Source: an uncultured virus (IMG/VR IMGVR_UViG_3300042515_002586) (Duplodnaviria; Heunggongvirae; Uroviricota; Caudoviricetes). Taken from it: a stretch of DNA of 64,000 nucleotides. Position numbers and translations under genes: made by a program. The DNA lies in the IMG/VR virus record IMGVR_UViG_3300042515_002586; one strand, given 5' to 3'. The notes under the pieces are model-generated. The model did no database searches and was not told the DNA's origin. It worked only from the letters and a program-made list of their open reading frames with translations. Of this stretch, positions 30,736-40,630 are shown piece by piece (position 1 is the first letter of the stretch; every line of letters starts with the position of its first letter).

Positions 30736-32294
30736 ACAACCTAAATTTACAGTTTGGAGGCGCACCTAGTGATAAAGAGTCTGCCGTTGGTATAGGTTTT
30801 ATTGCCGCACCAATGATGCAACCAGATTTCAGCGTTGCATTGCTAGAATCTTTTAAGTTTGCAAAGGAAAACTCTGACGCATTAAGAGAATACGTATTAG
30901 CAAACTCTTTTAACTCAACAAAAATTAAGTTAAAGTTAACGTATGATGGGACTAACTTATTAACTACTACAACAGGTTTAGGTGCTTTCAGTATTAGTGA
31001 TACGGCAAATCAAATTCCCGTTGTAAAATCTAACTACGTATTAAAAGCATTGAACTCTACAATTTCAGTTAATGGAGTTCAAAGAACAAATTCTGAGAGT
31101 TGGGGAGTTGGTATTACTCCAGGAACCGTTTACAGAACATATACTATTCCAGAATATGAACAATCAGATATATGGTTTAGAAGCATACCTGAACTAGCAG
31201 GAAGTGGTGCAATAGGAAAACAATGTCTTTTAATTTATTCCGTTCCAGAGGCAAACTATTGTTTAACACAATCATCAAATGATGATACTTTTCCTGGTAC
31301 GGATGTTAAGTACAAAAAACTACTTAGTAAAGTAGTTGCCCTTGGTCCTAGCACTATTGAATTACCAAACAAATGCTCAAAAATATTAAGCATTACTGTT
31401 AATAATTTAATTAAATATAACAGTACAGTAGGTGCTGAGTATATTAAAAGCATAGATCAAGATCTTGGCAAGGTTGAAGTAAAAGATACTTTAGACTCAG
31501 ACAGTTCAATTTTTATTGAGTATCTAACTTATCTTGATGAGTATGTGTATCTGGGATATAGGGACAATGTTAAAAACACTTATTTCCCATTGGATTTAAA
31601 TCCAGAATATGGACATGTAATTGGTGATGATAGATTTAATATTATAAGGTCATCTTCTACTTGTTTACTAGAACACGTAACAATCTTTGCAATACCCTCA
31701 GCTGTAGCAACATTTTCAGTTGATGATACACTAGACTCTAGCGGTTTAAAGACACTTGAAATAAAGTTTTATAGCGGATACAGTTATGGGGAGACTCATT
31801 TTGTAAGGCATGCTGTTGGTGCTCAGGTAGAAGAAATTATTCCTAAACTCTCAGAAGGCCCAGCTAACACATATGGTTTTGCTTTATTTGGTAGAAACTA
31901 TTATGATGAGAACAGTGTACCTAAGAGAGATATTTTTTCAAGAAAAATTCCGTCTATGCTTCCCCTAGGTAGAGCTTTATTAAGAGCACCGTTAAATGTT
32001 AATGCTGTTAAGATTGCTGATATTCGTGTGAGAGGTGGTGGTGTACCTGATGAATTTGATTTCAATAAAATCAATTCAGAACCAGATGCTCTGACTACTT
32101 TGAAGAGTTATTACGATTTAGGTATTTGGGATGGTCAACCTGTTCAAGAGGGTGGATTAATCACGGTTAAAATAGACCCATCTGTATTAGTAGTCAATGG
32201 CGGAGAGTTTACAGAACCTGAAGTTGATGAAATTGTAAGACAAAGAATACCGCCGGGCATCAAATTTGAGCTGGTGTTTGAGGATGTAACATAA
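30732..32294 (+). CDS. Baseplate/tail structural protein
   Basis: ATGA-coupled; beta-rich; C-terminal DIRVRGGG and EVDEIVRQRIPPG; context. Confidence 0.6.
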   Translation: MNNLNLQFGGAPSDKESAVGIGFIAAPMMQPDFSVALLESFKFAKENSDALREYVLANSFNSTKIKLKLTYDGTNLLTTTTGLGAFSISDTANQIPVVKSNYVLKALNSTISVNGVQRTNSESWGVGITPGTVYRTYTIPEYEQSDIWFRSIPELAGSGAIGKQCLLIYSVPEANYCLTQSSNDDTFPGTDVKYKKLLSKVVALGPSTIELPNKCSKILSITVNNLIKYNSTVGAEYIKSIDQDLGKVEVKDTLDSDSSIFIEYLTYLDEYVYLGYRDNVKNTYFPLDLNPEYGHVIGDDRFNIIRSSSTCLLEHVTIFAIPSAVATFSVDDTLDSSGLKTLEIKFYSGYSYGETHFVRHAVGAQVEEIIPKLSEGPANTYGFALFGRNYYDENSVPKRDIFSRKIPSMLPLGRALLRAPLNVNAVKIADIRVRGGGVPDEFDFNKINSEPDALTTLKSYYDLGIWDGQPVQEGGLITVKIDPSVLVVNGGEFTEPEVDEIVRQRIPPGIKFELVFEDVT

Positions 32295-32986
32295 TGCCAT
32301 ACAATGATAGAATAAATTGGCCCCTGTCTAAAGACATTGATTTTCCAACAGTGTTTAATAATGAATCATCTGTTGTTGATGAAGATGAAAAGTTTTATGC
32401 GGAACATTACAATAAAGTAAGAAACTTTGTTGTTAAAGCTTATCTTTTGCTTGTAGATGGTCAAGCTGGTGTTGGTGATGGTTCTGTTAAAAGATTAAGT
32501 TTTCCATATACTTTTAGAGTTAGTTTAAAAGATGTGTTAACTTATAGTGCTTATGATGCTTCTGTTGGGACAGACTTAAGACTTCCAGGTAATGTTATTC
32601 CTTTTGAATTTGTAGTAACATTCTCGGGTGATCCTTATTTTATTCAAAAGAATAGGACAGAATTTGACTTTTTATTGGAGAAATCTAGTTCACTAGAATT
32701 AAGCAAAGTTTTTGGTGCTGTTTCCCCAATAAGTTCTAAAACACTTGTTAGTGGAAATTTAGTAATAAACGACACTCAAAAATTTAGTCTTACTACAAAA
32801 GCACCCAACAAAAATCAAGTTATAGTATCTGCTTTTGTAGGGACAAATACTATTTTAATTAGGGGTGTTGTTATAGACTATCAAATAAGTTCAGGTGATG
32901 CAGAATATGGTAACACTTTAGACATATGGAAAAGTAGTACTATTCAAAGACCCGAACTTAAAATTACAATACAGAGCTTAAGTTAA
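32294..32986 (+). CDS. Tail fibre/appendage-associated protein
   Basis: N-terminal FP...D...AEHYNKV fibre-attachment-like motif. Confidence 0.55.
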   Translation: MPYNDRINWPLSKDIDFPTVFNNESSVVDEDEKFYAEHYNKVRNFVVKAYLLLVDGQAGVGDGSVKRLSFPYTFRVSLKDVLTYSAYDASVGTDLRLPGNVIPFEFVVTFSGDPYFIQKNRTEFDFLLEKSSSLELSKVFGAVSPISSKTLVSGNLVINDTQKFSLTTKAPNKNQVIVSAFVGTNTILIRGVVIDYQISSGDAEYGNTLDIWKSSTIQRPELKITIQSLS

Positions 32987-32988
32987 TT

Positions 32989-34989
32989 ATGGCAAACATA
33001 GATTTAATTCCTCAAGCAGTGGCTGCTTCTCCGACTAGTCCAAATACCTGGACTGGTACAGGCGTCCCTGGATTTGGATTAGGAGGAACTTGGAGTTTAG
33101 GTTCTGGGCACTCAACTTCTGGAGAGGCGATTATGTTTCTTCAAAGCTTTACTGCTGGAGTGCCATTAGATGCTAAAGTAAGTGGTGTTGCTGTAAGTTT
33201 TGATGTATCTACATCTGGAACATTTACAGGTTCTGACATATTAAAAATTAATATTGGAGCACTTTCAAATACAAACGTAATTGTAGAGGGTGGGACAGAA
33301 AAATCAATTGTTTTAACTGGTCTTAGCGGTTCAACTGTAGTTACTGGTTCAGTAAGCGATAATTGGTCAAGGTCTTTTTGGTCTAGGTTTGATTTTAACA
33401 GCAGTAGTTTTGCTGTTTCTTTTAGAAGAGAAGGAACATCCCAAATTACTTTATCAAACATTAAAGTAATAGCATACTACACACTAGAAGATCATCTTGT
33501 AGGATCACGAGCACCTGTACCAAAAACTGTATTAGCAACTCAAGCCGATGTTATATTTCCAGTAAAGAATAATGGTGTGGATGATTCTGCTGTTGTTAGA
33601 AGTGCAGATGTTAACTTGCTTGGTGATGGTTTATATAACCTACAAAGAATTTTTGTAGATCAAAACGAAACCAGTACAAACTTAAAGGCTGTCGGTGGTT
33701 TGTCTGGGGAGAACTTAATTTTAACTACGTTATTTGTTTCTGGTACAGTAAGCGACTTTTCATCAGACTTAATATATGATGAAGTTAAAAATGGGGCAGA
33801 ATCAAAAATAACTTCAACAGGAATTAAAACATTAAATAGAAATCTAATTAAAATTCCAGATGGTAAAGAAATTGATTTTGATTTTCTTTCAGGTTACGGG
33901 TGGGTTGCAACTAAAAACTTAATTGAAACTAAAAAACCATTAGTATGTAGTTTAAACAATTACAATTTAAATACAAAAAACGGAACATCAAAACATAGAC
34001 TTTCTTTTAGGCTTGGATCAAACGATAGCTTAAGTTTAGCAGATGAAATTGAGGCTAATGGTTATTCTGGTTTATTCATACCAAATGACGGAGCCGCTAG
34101 TGCAATTCAAGGTTATAGTGAGCTAATGACTATACCAGAAAACGTTAACAATAGTACTAAAATTTCTGGATTGCTTGGAACATATATATCAGCTTATGTT
34201 GGTGATAGCGTAGCCGCACCTTTCAGGGTAGCTCTTCTTACAAAAACAGATGTAGATGGAGAAGTAACTTATAAAAAAGGTATTAAAGCTATTGTGCTTG
34301 ATAATGATACAGTAAGCAAAGGCATAAGAGAAACAAATACGACAATAGGTTATGAGTATGCAAGGTTTAATATCCTTAAAGGGATAGGTTCATCTACAAG
34401 CGACTTCTTTAGAGGAGGTCTTTTCCTGTATGGATCATTACCAACAGCATCCACCTTAAATGCTTATGCTGTATTGTTCACAAGAGGCTCAAATACAGAA
34501 ACAGCCACAACTACTGCGGCTTGGTTAGTTAAGCTTTCTGGTTGGAATATTAGTTCTAACTATGCTTATGCAAATTATAGTAATGCTGCAAGCTGGTCTA
34601 CATTCCCTTCAGTTACTAATATTACTGCACTAACATCAGCAACTCTTTTGACTAGTTATCCTGACGATGATTGGACAAGTGATAGGCCAACATATGAATT
34701 TTCTGTAACTACAAGTGGAGCAGTTAGTACATTAAATCTAAAAGAATTTAATACTGATACTGGTGAATGGGAAACATTACTAACCTACGCAGACTCATCA
34801 TCTCCAATAACTGTACCAGCAAAATCTGGACTAATCAACATTGGAGCAACTTTACCAATACCTACTACCCAAGTAAATACCGCAACAAACCTAATCTTTG
34901 AAGATCTTGTTTTTGGATTAAAGCAAGGACAAACAAGACCTGAAGTGGTGTTTGAAGCAAGATTTATTTGTATGGGGAGAATGAAATAA
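32989..34989 (+). CDS. Tail fibre / receptor-binding-like protein
   Basis: Ser/Thr/Gly beta-rich; internal SADVNLLGDGLYNLQ motif; C-terminal lectin-like segment. Confidence 0.6.
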   Translation: MANIDLIPQAVAASPTSPNTWTGTGVPGFGLGGTWSLGSGHSTSGEAIMFLQSFTAGVPLDAKVSGVAVSFDVSTSGTFTGSDILKINIGALSNTNVIVEGGTEKSIVLTGLSGSTVVTGSVSDNWSRSFWSRFDFNSSSFAVSFRREGTSQITLSNIKVIAYYTLEDHLVGSRAPVPKTVLATQADVIFPVKNNGVDDSAVVRSADVNLLGDGLYNLQRIFVDQNETSTNLKAVGGLSGENLILTTLFVSGTVSDFSSDLIYDEVKNGAESKITSTGIKTLNRNLIKIPDGKEIDFDFLSGYGWVATKNLIETKKPLVCSLNNYNLNTKNGTSKHRLSFRLGSNDSLSLADEIEANGYSGLFIPNDGAASAIQGYSELMTIPENVNNSTKISGLLGTYISAYVGDSVAAPFRVALLTKTDVDGEVTYKKGIKAIVLDNDTVSKGIRETNTTIGYEYARFNILKGIGSSTSDFFRGGLFLYGSLPTASTLNAYAVLFTRGSNTETATTTAAWLVKLSGWNISSNYAYANYSNAASWSTFPSVTNITALTSATLLTSYPDDDWTSDRPTYEFSVTTSGAVSTLNLKEFNTDTGEWETLLTYADSSSPITVPAKSGLINIGATLPIPTTQVNTATNLIFEDLVFGLKQGQTRPEVVFEARFICMGRMK

Positions 34990-37346
34990 TGGCAGGATAT
35001 AGAACAGGACAATTATCAACTTTTAACCCAACTGAAAGTGAACTAGATGAGTTCGCAATAAAACAGTCTTATATCACATTAGCTCCTGATAGTTTAGAGT
35101 TGGCAGACCATATCAATCATTATTTTGATGCTGTTATTACTTTACAAAATAACCTGACAACGTTAGGCGGATCTAATTTAATAAGTTATTACCCAAGTGG
35201 AAACACAATACAACCTACAGATATATACATTAGTCAAGTAGTCACAGGAATAACATTAAATACTAATAACGAAAGTTTTACTTTTACAACACCAGCATTA
35301 TTTGGAAGTACGCCATTCCTTGATAGAGGATTTTCTTTAGCTATTAGAGCAGATGAAGTTTCAGCATCGCCTTCAACAGTAAAGGGAATATATGCAACAT
35401 CTTCCCCTTCAAGTAGGGAAGCATGGAATACTCTTCTAGGTAAAAATAGTTTTCAATGTACAGTCACCCCTGTTAGTGGTAGACAGTACGTAGCCTATAT
35501 TTCTACTTTAAACAAGAACTTAAAAACTGGTTCGTTTTCTAAACAAGACGATAGTAATAGGTCGCTTAATGATTCATTGAAATGGCCGAGAAGAGAAGTT
35601 GATGTTCCTGGTTTCCCAGCTACTACAGTATACCTTGTAGGAAACACTTTAGAGTATGACCTTCACAGAAAATTTGGTTTCCTTGATCATAGTAAATACG
35701 ATTGGTTTTATGGGACTAGTGGCAATTCTGGACAGCCTTGGCCATTTGTTGGTTGGTTCCCGGCAAACAGTTCTTTTGGTGGTTATGGTTTTGGTGTATC
35801 TAACGGCAAACCATCCCTAGCAATGTCGTCAGCTTTTAGGGCCGCTGGACGTTATGGGTCTTATACCTTTTTTGATAATAACTTTGATTCTGATCAATCA
35901 GTTACGTTTAGATTGACAGGATTCTGGTCTAACACAACGTTTTATAATACTCCGTTTGGTGCTGTTGGTTTCTTGTTAAGGAATGTTCAAAGCAAAGACC
36001 CAATCAGTGGAAGTTTAAAGGTAAACGGTTATGGTGTACTTTTAGGTGATAGTAATGGTACTAACAGTACCACAGCTACGCCTTTGACTGAACAAGCTCC
36101 TAGGACTGCAAGACTAGTCAAGTTCAATAATTGTGTTTTATCTGCAATAAAGGGAACATTCCCAAATACAGTAGACTTAACTTCAAATGTATTATTGTCA
36201 ACAACTGTTGGTGGTGGTGTACCTGGATTGTCTTTAGTTATGGAAGAGGCTAAGACACCAGCTGGAAATCAAACAGGGTCAATGGAGATTTTGACTAATT
36301 CTCAGCTTCTTCAATTTAGTACCTTAACCGACGACTATAAGTATCAATTTAAAGCAGAAGGCGATGTTATTTCATTGAATGAATCAGTAAGTGGGGGAGC
36401 TTGGAGCACTTTATTAAGTTACACAGATAGTGTTACTGGCATCTCAACTGGTGCTCCTGGTGTGTTTGCTTGTCCTAAACGAATAGTTGGTGAGGGGCAT
36501 AATGGAAATAGATTCACTTTATTTGATGATGTTGTTTTTACATCAGGAACAGATTTTTCTCCTATAAGTATTTCTTTAAATACGTTATTTGTTAAAGCTG
36601 GTCTTAATAGTCAAATAACACTAGACAACATAGAAACGTACAGCAGTAGTGGCACTACTACCCAACCTGTTACTACAGTAATTAAATGGGATGATCCTTT
36701 AAGCACAATTCAAAGGGGTAGAGATGTTACTTGGAGTGTTTCAGATTATGATCCTCCTATACCATTCCCAGGTTTTTATGATAGCGTAGGACCACAACAA
36801 CATTACTGGCAAATAGGTAATAATCCCATTACTTTTTCACCTAGTGGAGTTACAGTACGAAGAACATCAACTGGTACTGGTGGTGCAAGGTTTAGTTTGT
36901 TTATTAGATTACCAGGTACAATTGATTTGACTAATGACAACTTGAAACTTAAATTTACTCTTACTGATTTAGTCGTTAGTCCTGGTGGCAAGAGTTGGGA
37001 TGCTAATGAAATAAAAATTGGTCTTAGCCCAGAAAGAAGTGCTACTGCTCTTTGGCCAACACAAATAGGTCAAAACATAGAATTAGATTTTTCAAACGCT
37101 AATGATTCTAGTTTTAACATAAACCCAGTTACAATTGACTTAACAAAATTTGGTCAAGTTGAAATTCCACTAGAACACGTTATTGGACACTCTATTTTTA
37201 ATGACAACCCAGTTCTTAACGTTGTATTGCCTGTAACCAAGTTTCCAATGGAGTATAGAAGAAATGTTCTTTCTATCTATGTTGAGGCTAAAACTTTTGG
37301 TTCTGAGTATCATACAATATCTGACATCACAATTACTGAAGACTGA
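34989..37346 (+). CDS. Tail fibre / receptor-binding-like protein
   Basis: TAATG-coupled ATG at 34989 with GGGGAG SD; ADHINHYFDAVITLQ motif; lectin-like segment resembling that of the previous gene. Confidence 0.6.
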   Translation: MAGYRTGQLSTFNPTESELDEFAIKQSYITLAPDSLELADHINHYFDAVITLQNNLTTLGGSNLISYYPSGNTIQPTDIYISQVVTGITLNTNNESFTFTTPALFGSTPFLDRGFSLAIRADEVSASPSTVKGIYATSSPSSREAWNTLLGKNSFQCTVTPVSGRQYVAYISTLNKNLKTGSFSKQDDSNRSLNDSLKWPRREVDVPGFPATTVYLVGNTLEYDLHRKFGFLDHSKYDWFYGTSGNSGQPWPFVGWFPANSSFGGYGFGVSNGKPSLAMSSAFRAAGRYGSYTFFDNNFDSDQSVTFRLTGFWSNTTFYNTPFGAVGFLLRNVQSKDPISGSLKVNGYGVLLGDSNGTNSTTATPLTEQAPRTARLVKFNNCVLSAIKGTFPNTVDLTSNVLLSTTVGGGVPGLSLVMEEAKTPAGNQTGSMEILTNSQLLQFSTLTDDYKYQFKAEGDVISLNESVSGGAWSTLLSYTDSVTGISTGAPGVFACPKRIVGEGHNGNRFTLFDDVVFTSGTDFSPISISLNTLFVKAGLNSQITLDNIETYSSSGTTTQPVTTVIKWDDPLSTIQRGRDVTWSVSDYDPPIPFPGFYDSVGPQQHYWQIGNNPITFSPSGVTVRRTSTGTGGARFSLFIRLPGTIDLTNDNLKLKFTLTDLVVSPGGKSWDANEIKIGLSPERSATALWPTQIGQNIELDFSNANDSSFNINPVTIDLTKFGQVEIPLEHVIGHSIFNDNPVLNVVLPVTKFPMEYRRNVLSIYVEAKTFGSEYHTISDITITED

Positions 37347-37351
37347 GCATA

Positions 37352-40300
37352 ATGAACGAATATCTGACAGCTTATAATATGCCATTTATATGGGCAAGAA
37401 ATGCTTTTAATAGTATTTTATCAGAAGATACTTCATCTAATGTATCAATTCAGGATTCTGATTTAAATAAAAACATACTTGATAGTCTGTCTGTATACGT
37501 AAAAGATATTAACTCAGCTTCAGATTGGAACCAAACAACAAGTCAATTAGTATCTGACATAGCTGGTATTTATGTATCCATCAGTAAGTTAGATGATTAT
37601 ACTAATACACTTAGACAAAAGCTTTTAGCTCGTATTGAAGAAGGTGAAAAGAAACTTCGTAGTCTTGAAGCATCTATACGATCTGTTAGAACTGTCTTAG
37701 CAAACTCAGCTACCAATACAATTTCAATTTCTGGTGGTGACACTAGTTGGGTTGATTTAAATTCTAAGTATTACACAAACTCAGACCCCCTTCAATTTGT
37801 GTCTGAGGAAGGTTGTTATAGGCTTCCAGATACTGGTTGGTTTAGTGCTATTAGGTCTAACAACGCTATGGGTGGCTATGCCGCCATTGAAAAGACTTTA
37901 ACACCATTAGAACAGGTTGGAACTATTAGTAATATTACTGATGGGTCTAGAGAATCTTACTGGTTAGCTTCCTCATACTTGCCTTCATTAGTTAAAGCGT
38001 CTAGTGGATCTATTCCGTGGTTACCAGCACAATACACACAAGGTTCTGCTGTATTGTTATCCTACTTTATGGATAGACCAACAATTGTTGGTGAGGTTTA
38101 TTTAGATCCCCTTACTACAGAATCTTTTACTTTACTAGGAGTAAGTTGGACACCACAAACAATACAAAATGCTTTAAACACACCGCTGTTTAATGCGTCA
38201 TCACGATGGGCATACTCTGGTACAGCTTATAGGGATACTGTTAATAATCTTGGAGTTATATTAGCCCCTACTGGACTTATATCTCAAACTTTTGGTATTA
38301 ACAATGCTATTTCTACAAGCCTTAGTGGAAGCGTGGCTTCTGGTTCAATTACTGTTGGTCAACGTTTTGAGTTGTATTACAGCGCAAAGACAATTGGTGA
38401 TGTGCCTCTAACACTTGGCTTTACATGGTTAGATAGTCTTGGAGCAGAAATCTCAACAACAAGACAACAACAGACATTAGCTAATTTTTATCAAAGCTTT
38501 AAGTTTTCAGACTACGCACCACAAAATGCAGTTAGCGGTAAAATTAATTTTTATATTAACTCATTAACATCAGGTTGCACTGCCTTTATCAATAAAGTTG
38601 AACTGTTTGCTGGTGAAGAAAAGTGGGTATGTAATCAAAGAATAGATAACACAACTACAATACCACTTCCAAAAGTAATAACAAGTCAAAGAGTTAGTTT
38701 TACTCTAACTCAAACTTCTCCACGAAGAGAAACTTTAAAAAACCAAGCTCAAAAAACAGATATCTTTTCAGACTTTGTTCCTGATTATATAGACTCAACT
38801 TTAGTTAGTGCAATAGAGCTTGCGAGAGAACAGGAACTAAATAGTGGTCCTGGACATGTTGTTTTTGCATATAAATTTGGATTAAGAGAGTTAGACTTAA
38901 GGTATAGAGAATACGTACCTAGAGGTTCATTAACATCTATTCCTCTTCTTACAAGAAAAGAGATTAGATCACTATGGATTAGTGCTGATGTTGATCCCCT
39001 GTATAGTTCAGGAATCGGTTTTAATGTTATTCCATTTGATAAAGATGATACTTTTAAGGTTCCTTTAAAAGCTTATAAAGTAAGTCAAGAAGACTCTTCT
39101 GGACAGAATGTTTACAGTGAAGGATCTGTCCTTAATATCTTTACAGCTGAGGAAGAAGCAGCTGGTTGGGCAAGAGGCACAGGACTGAAAATAGTTACTG
39201 AACCTATCAAGTTAAAAGAAGTATTTGATGGTACCGATAGAGAAGGCAAAGTAGTTTTAGATAAAGTACCCCACACAAGAAGAGTTCAAATTAGAAGAAT
39301 CAATGAGTGGTTTGGTTTGTATTCTCTTTGGCCAAATTTCTTTGATCCAAACTCTGAAACAATTAACGGTATAACTAGTTCTGTATTAAAAGAAAACATA
39401 AGAAACGGAAGTTTGACAAGTACAATTTCCCAGGGTGATGTAGCATCTTCAAATGGCTACTTACCTATTAAAGTAACTGTGTCAACTGCAAAGTGGACAG
39501 CTTCCCAAGATATTTATGGTAAACCAGACACGGTAACTCTTAGAAGCATAGATCAAGAGGTTCTTAATGAAACCGAAATTGTAACTACATCAGTTGAATC
39601 TGATGCAGACTATGTTACTTTAGATCAGTACATGGCTGTTTTAAAGATGAGTGATTTTGTTAGCAAATATCCGACAACAATCGGGTCTTTAACCCTAACA
39701 TCTTCCAGACTTACTGGAACAGTACTAGCTACCAGGTCTGTCAAAGAAGTTCTTGATATTCTTAAATCAAATAACATCAATCAATTTGTTGAAGAATTAA
39801 ACTTCAACAGTTCAAACTTCTTAAAAGAACTAACACTTAAAAACAGAATCAAAACACAACTTAGAAATGCTGGTAATACAAGTAATTTGGTTAACAATAT
39901 AACAAGACTTATTAACCAAGATTACGATAACTTAAAAGCAAATAAGCAATTACCTAAAACTAGAGATGTTGTTACATCAAAAACAACTACTGTAAAAGAA
40001 AGCAATGCGTATAAGACAGAATTTAGTCCAATCGTTGCTGGAGAAAGTGGTAGCTTATTTAAACTATATTGGTTTAATTCTGAGGACGGTAGTAAGTTAA
40101 TTATCTCTCCTAACGATTATAAATTAAACTCTAATAATGGAACAGTAATTATTAGGATTCCAAAACCAGAAAACTATGACAAGGTAATTGCTAGTTACAA
40201 GTACATTAATAAAGTAGACGAAAATTCTCAGTTTGCAGATATTCTTTCTCTTGTTAATACTGAGTCAACTTCAGAAGATGTTATTATTGGATCTAAATAT

Positions 40301-40630
40301 TTCCCTGTATGTAGAAATATGACAAACTACATTACTGGTGAAGTTCCTAATATGAAGAAACCTAATTTTGATACATTAAGTACAGAATACTATCCTGTTA
40401 TTGAATACTACATTACACCAGACGGTGATATTATATTTTCAAGAGACTTCTTTACATACGGAGATTTACCTGCAAAAATATCTGTTGAGTATGAGACTTT
40501 AGGTGTAGCACCAAGAGTTGAAGTAAGTGTTGTAAGATCATCAGGTGCACACACGACACCTAAGTTATCTGGATTTAATCTAAGAACAAAAGAAGGTTCA
40601 GCGGCTCCTGTTAGAGAGGGAACATTATAA
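37352..40630 (+). CDS. Large baseplate/tail structural protein (coiled coil plus discoidin/CBM-like domains)
   Basis: N-terminal heptad region, NITDGSRESYW, terminal TPKLSGFNL. Confidence 0.6.
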   Translation: MNEYLTAYNMPFIWARNAFNSILSEDTSSNVSIQDSDLNKNILDSLSVYVKDINSASDWNQTTSQLVSDIAGIYVSISKLDDYTNTLRQKLLARIEEGEKKLRSLEASIRSVRTVLANSATNTISISGGDTSWVDLNSKYYTNSDPLQFVSEEGCYRLPDTGWFSAIRSNNAMGGYAAIEKTLTPLEQVGTISNITDGSRESYWLASSYLPSLVKASSGSIPWLPAQYTQGSAVLLSYFMDRPTIVGEVYLDPLTTESFTLLGVSWTPQTIQNALNTPLFNASSRWAYSGTAYRDTVNNLGVILAPTGLISQTFGINNAISTSLSGSVASGSITVGQRFELYYSAKTIGDVPLTLGFTWLDSLGAEISTTRQQQTLANFYQSFKFSDYAPQNAVSGKINFYINSLTSGCTAFINKVELFAGEEKWVCNQRIDNTTTIPLPKVITSQRVSFTLTQTSPRRETLKNQAQKTDIFSDFVPDYIDSTLVSAIELAREQELNSGPGHVVFAYKFGLRELDLRYREYVPRGSLTSIPLLTRKEIRSLWISADVDPLYSSGIGFNVIPFDKDDTFKVPLKAYKVSQEDSSGQNVYSEGSVLNIFTAEEEAAGWARGTGLKIVTEPIKLKEVFDGTDREGKVVLDKVPHTRRVQIRRINEWFGLYSLWPNFFDPNSETINGITSSVLKENIRNGSLTSTISQGDVASSNGYLPIKVTVSTAKWTASQDIYGKPDTVTLRSIDQEVLNETEIVTTSVESDADYVTLDQYMAVLKMSDFVSKYPTTIGSLTLTSSRLTGTVLATRSVKEVLDILKSNNINQFVEELNFNSSNFLKELTLKNRIKTQLRNAGNTSNLVNNITRLINQDYDNLKANKQLPKTRDVVTSKTTTVKESNAYKTEFSPIVAGESGSLFKLYWFNSEDGSKLIISPNDYKLNSNNGTVIIRIPKPENYDKVIASYKYINKVDENSQFADILSLVNTESTSEDVIIGSKYFPVCRNMTNYITGEVPNMKKPNFDTLSTEYYPVIEYYITPDGDIIFSRDFFTYGDLPAKISVEYETLGVAPRVEVSVVRSSGAHTTPKLSGFNLRTKEGSAAPVREGTL

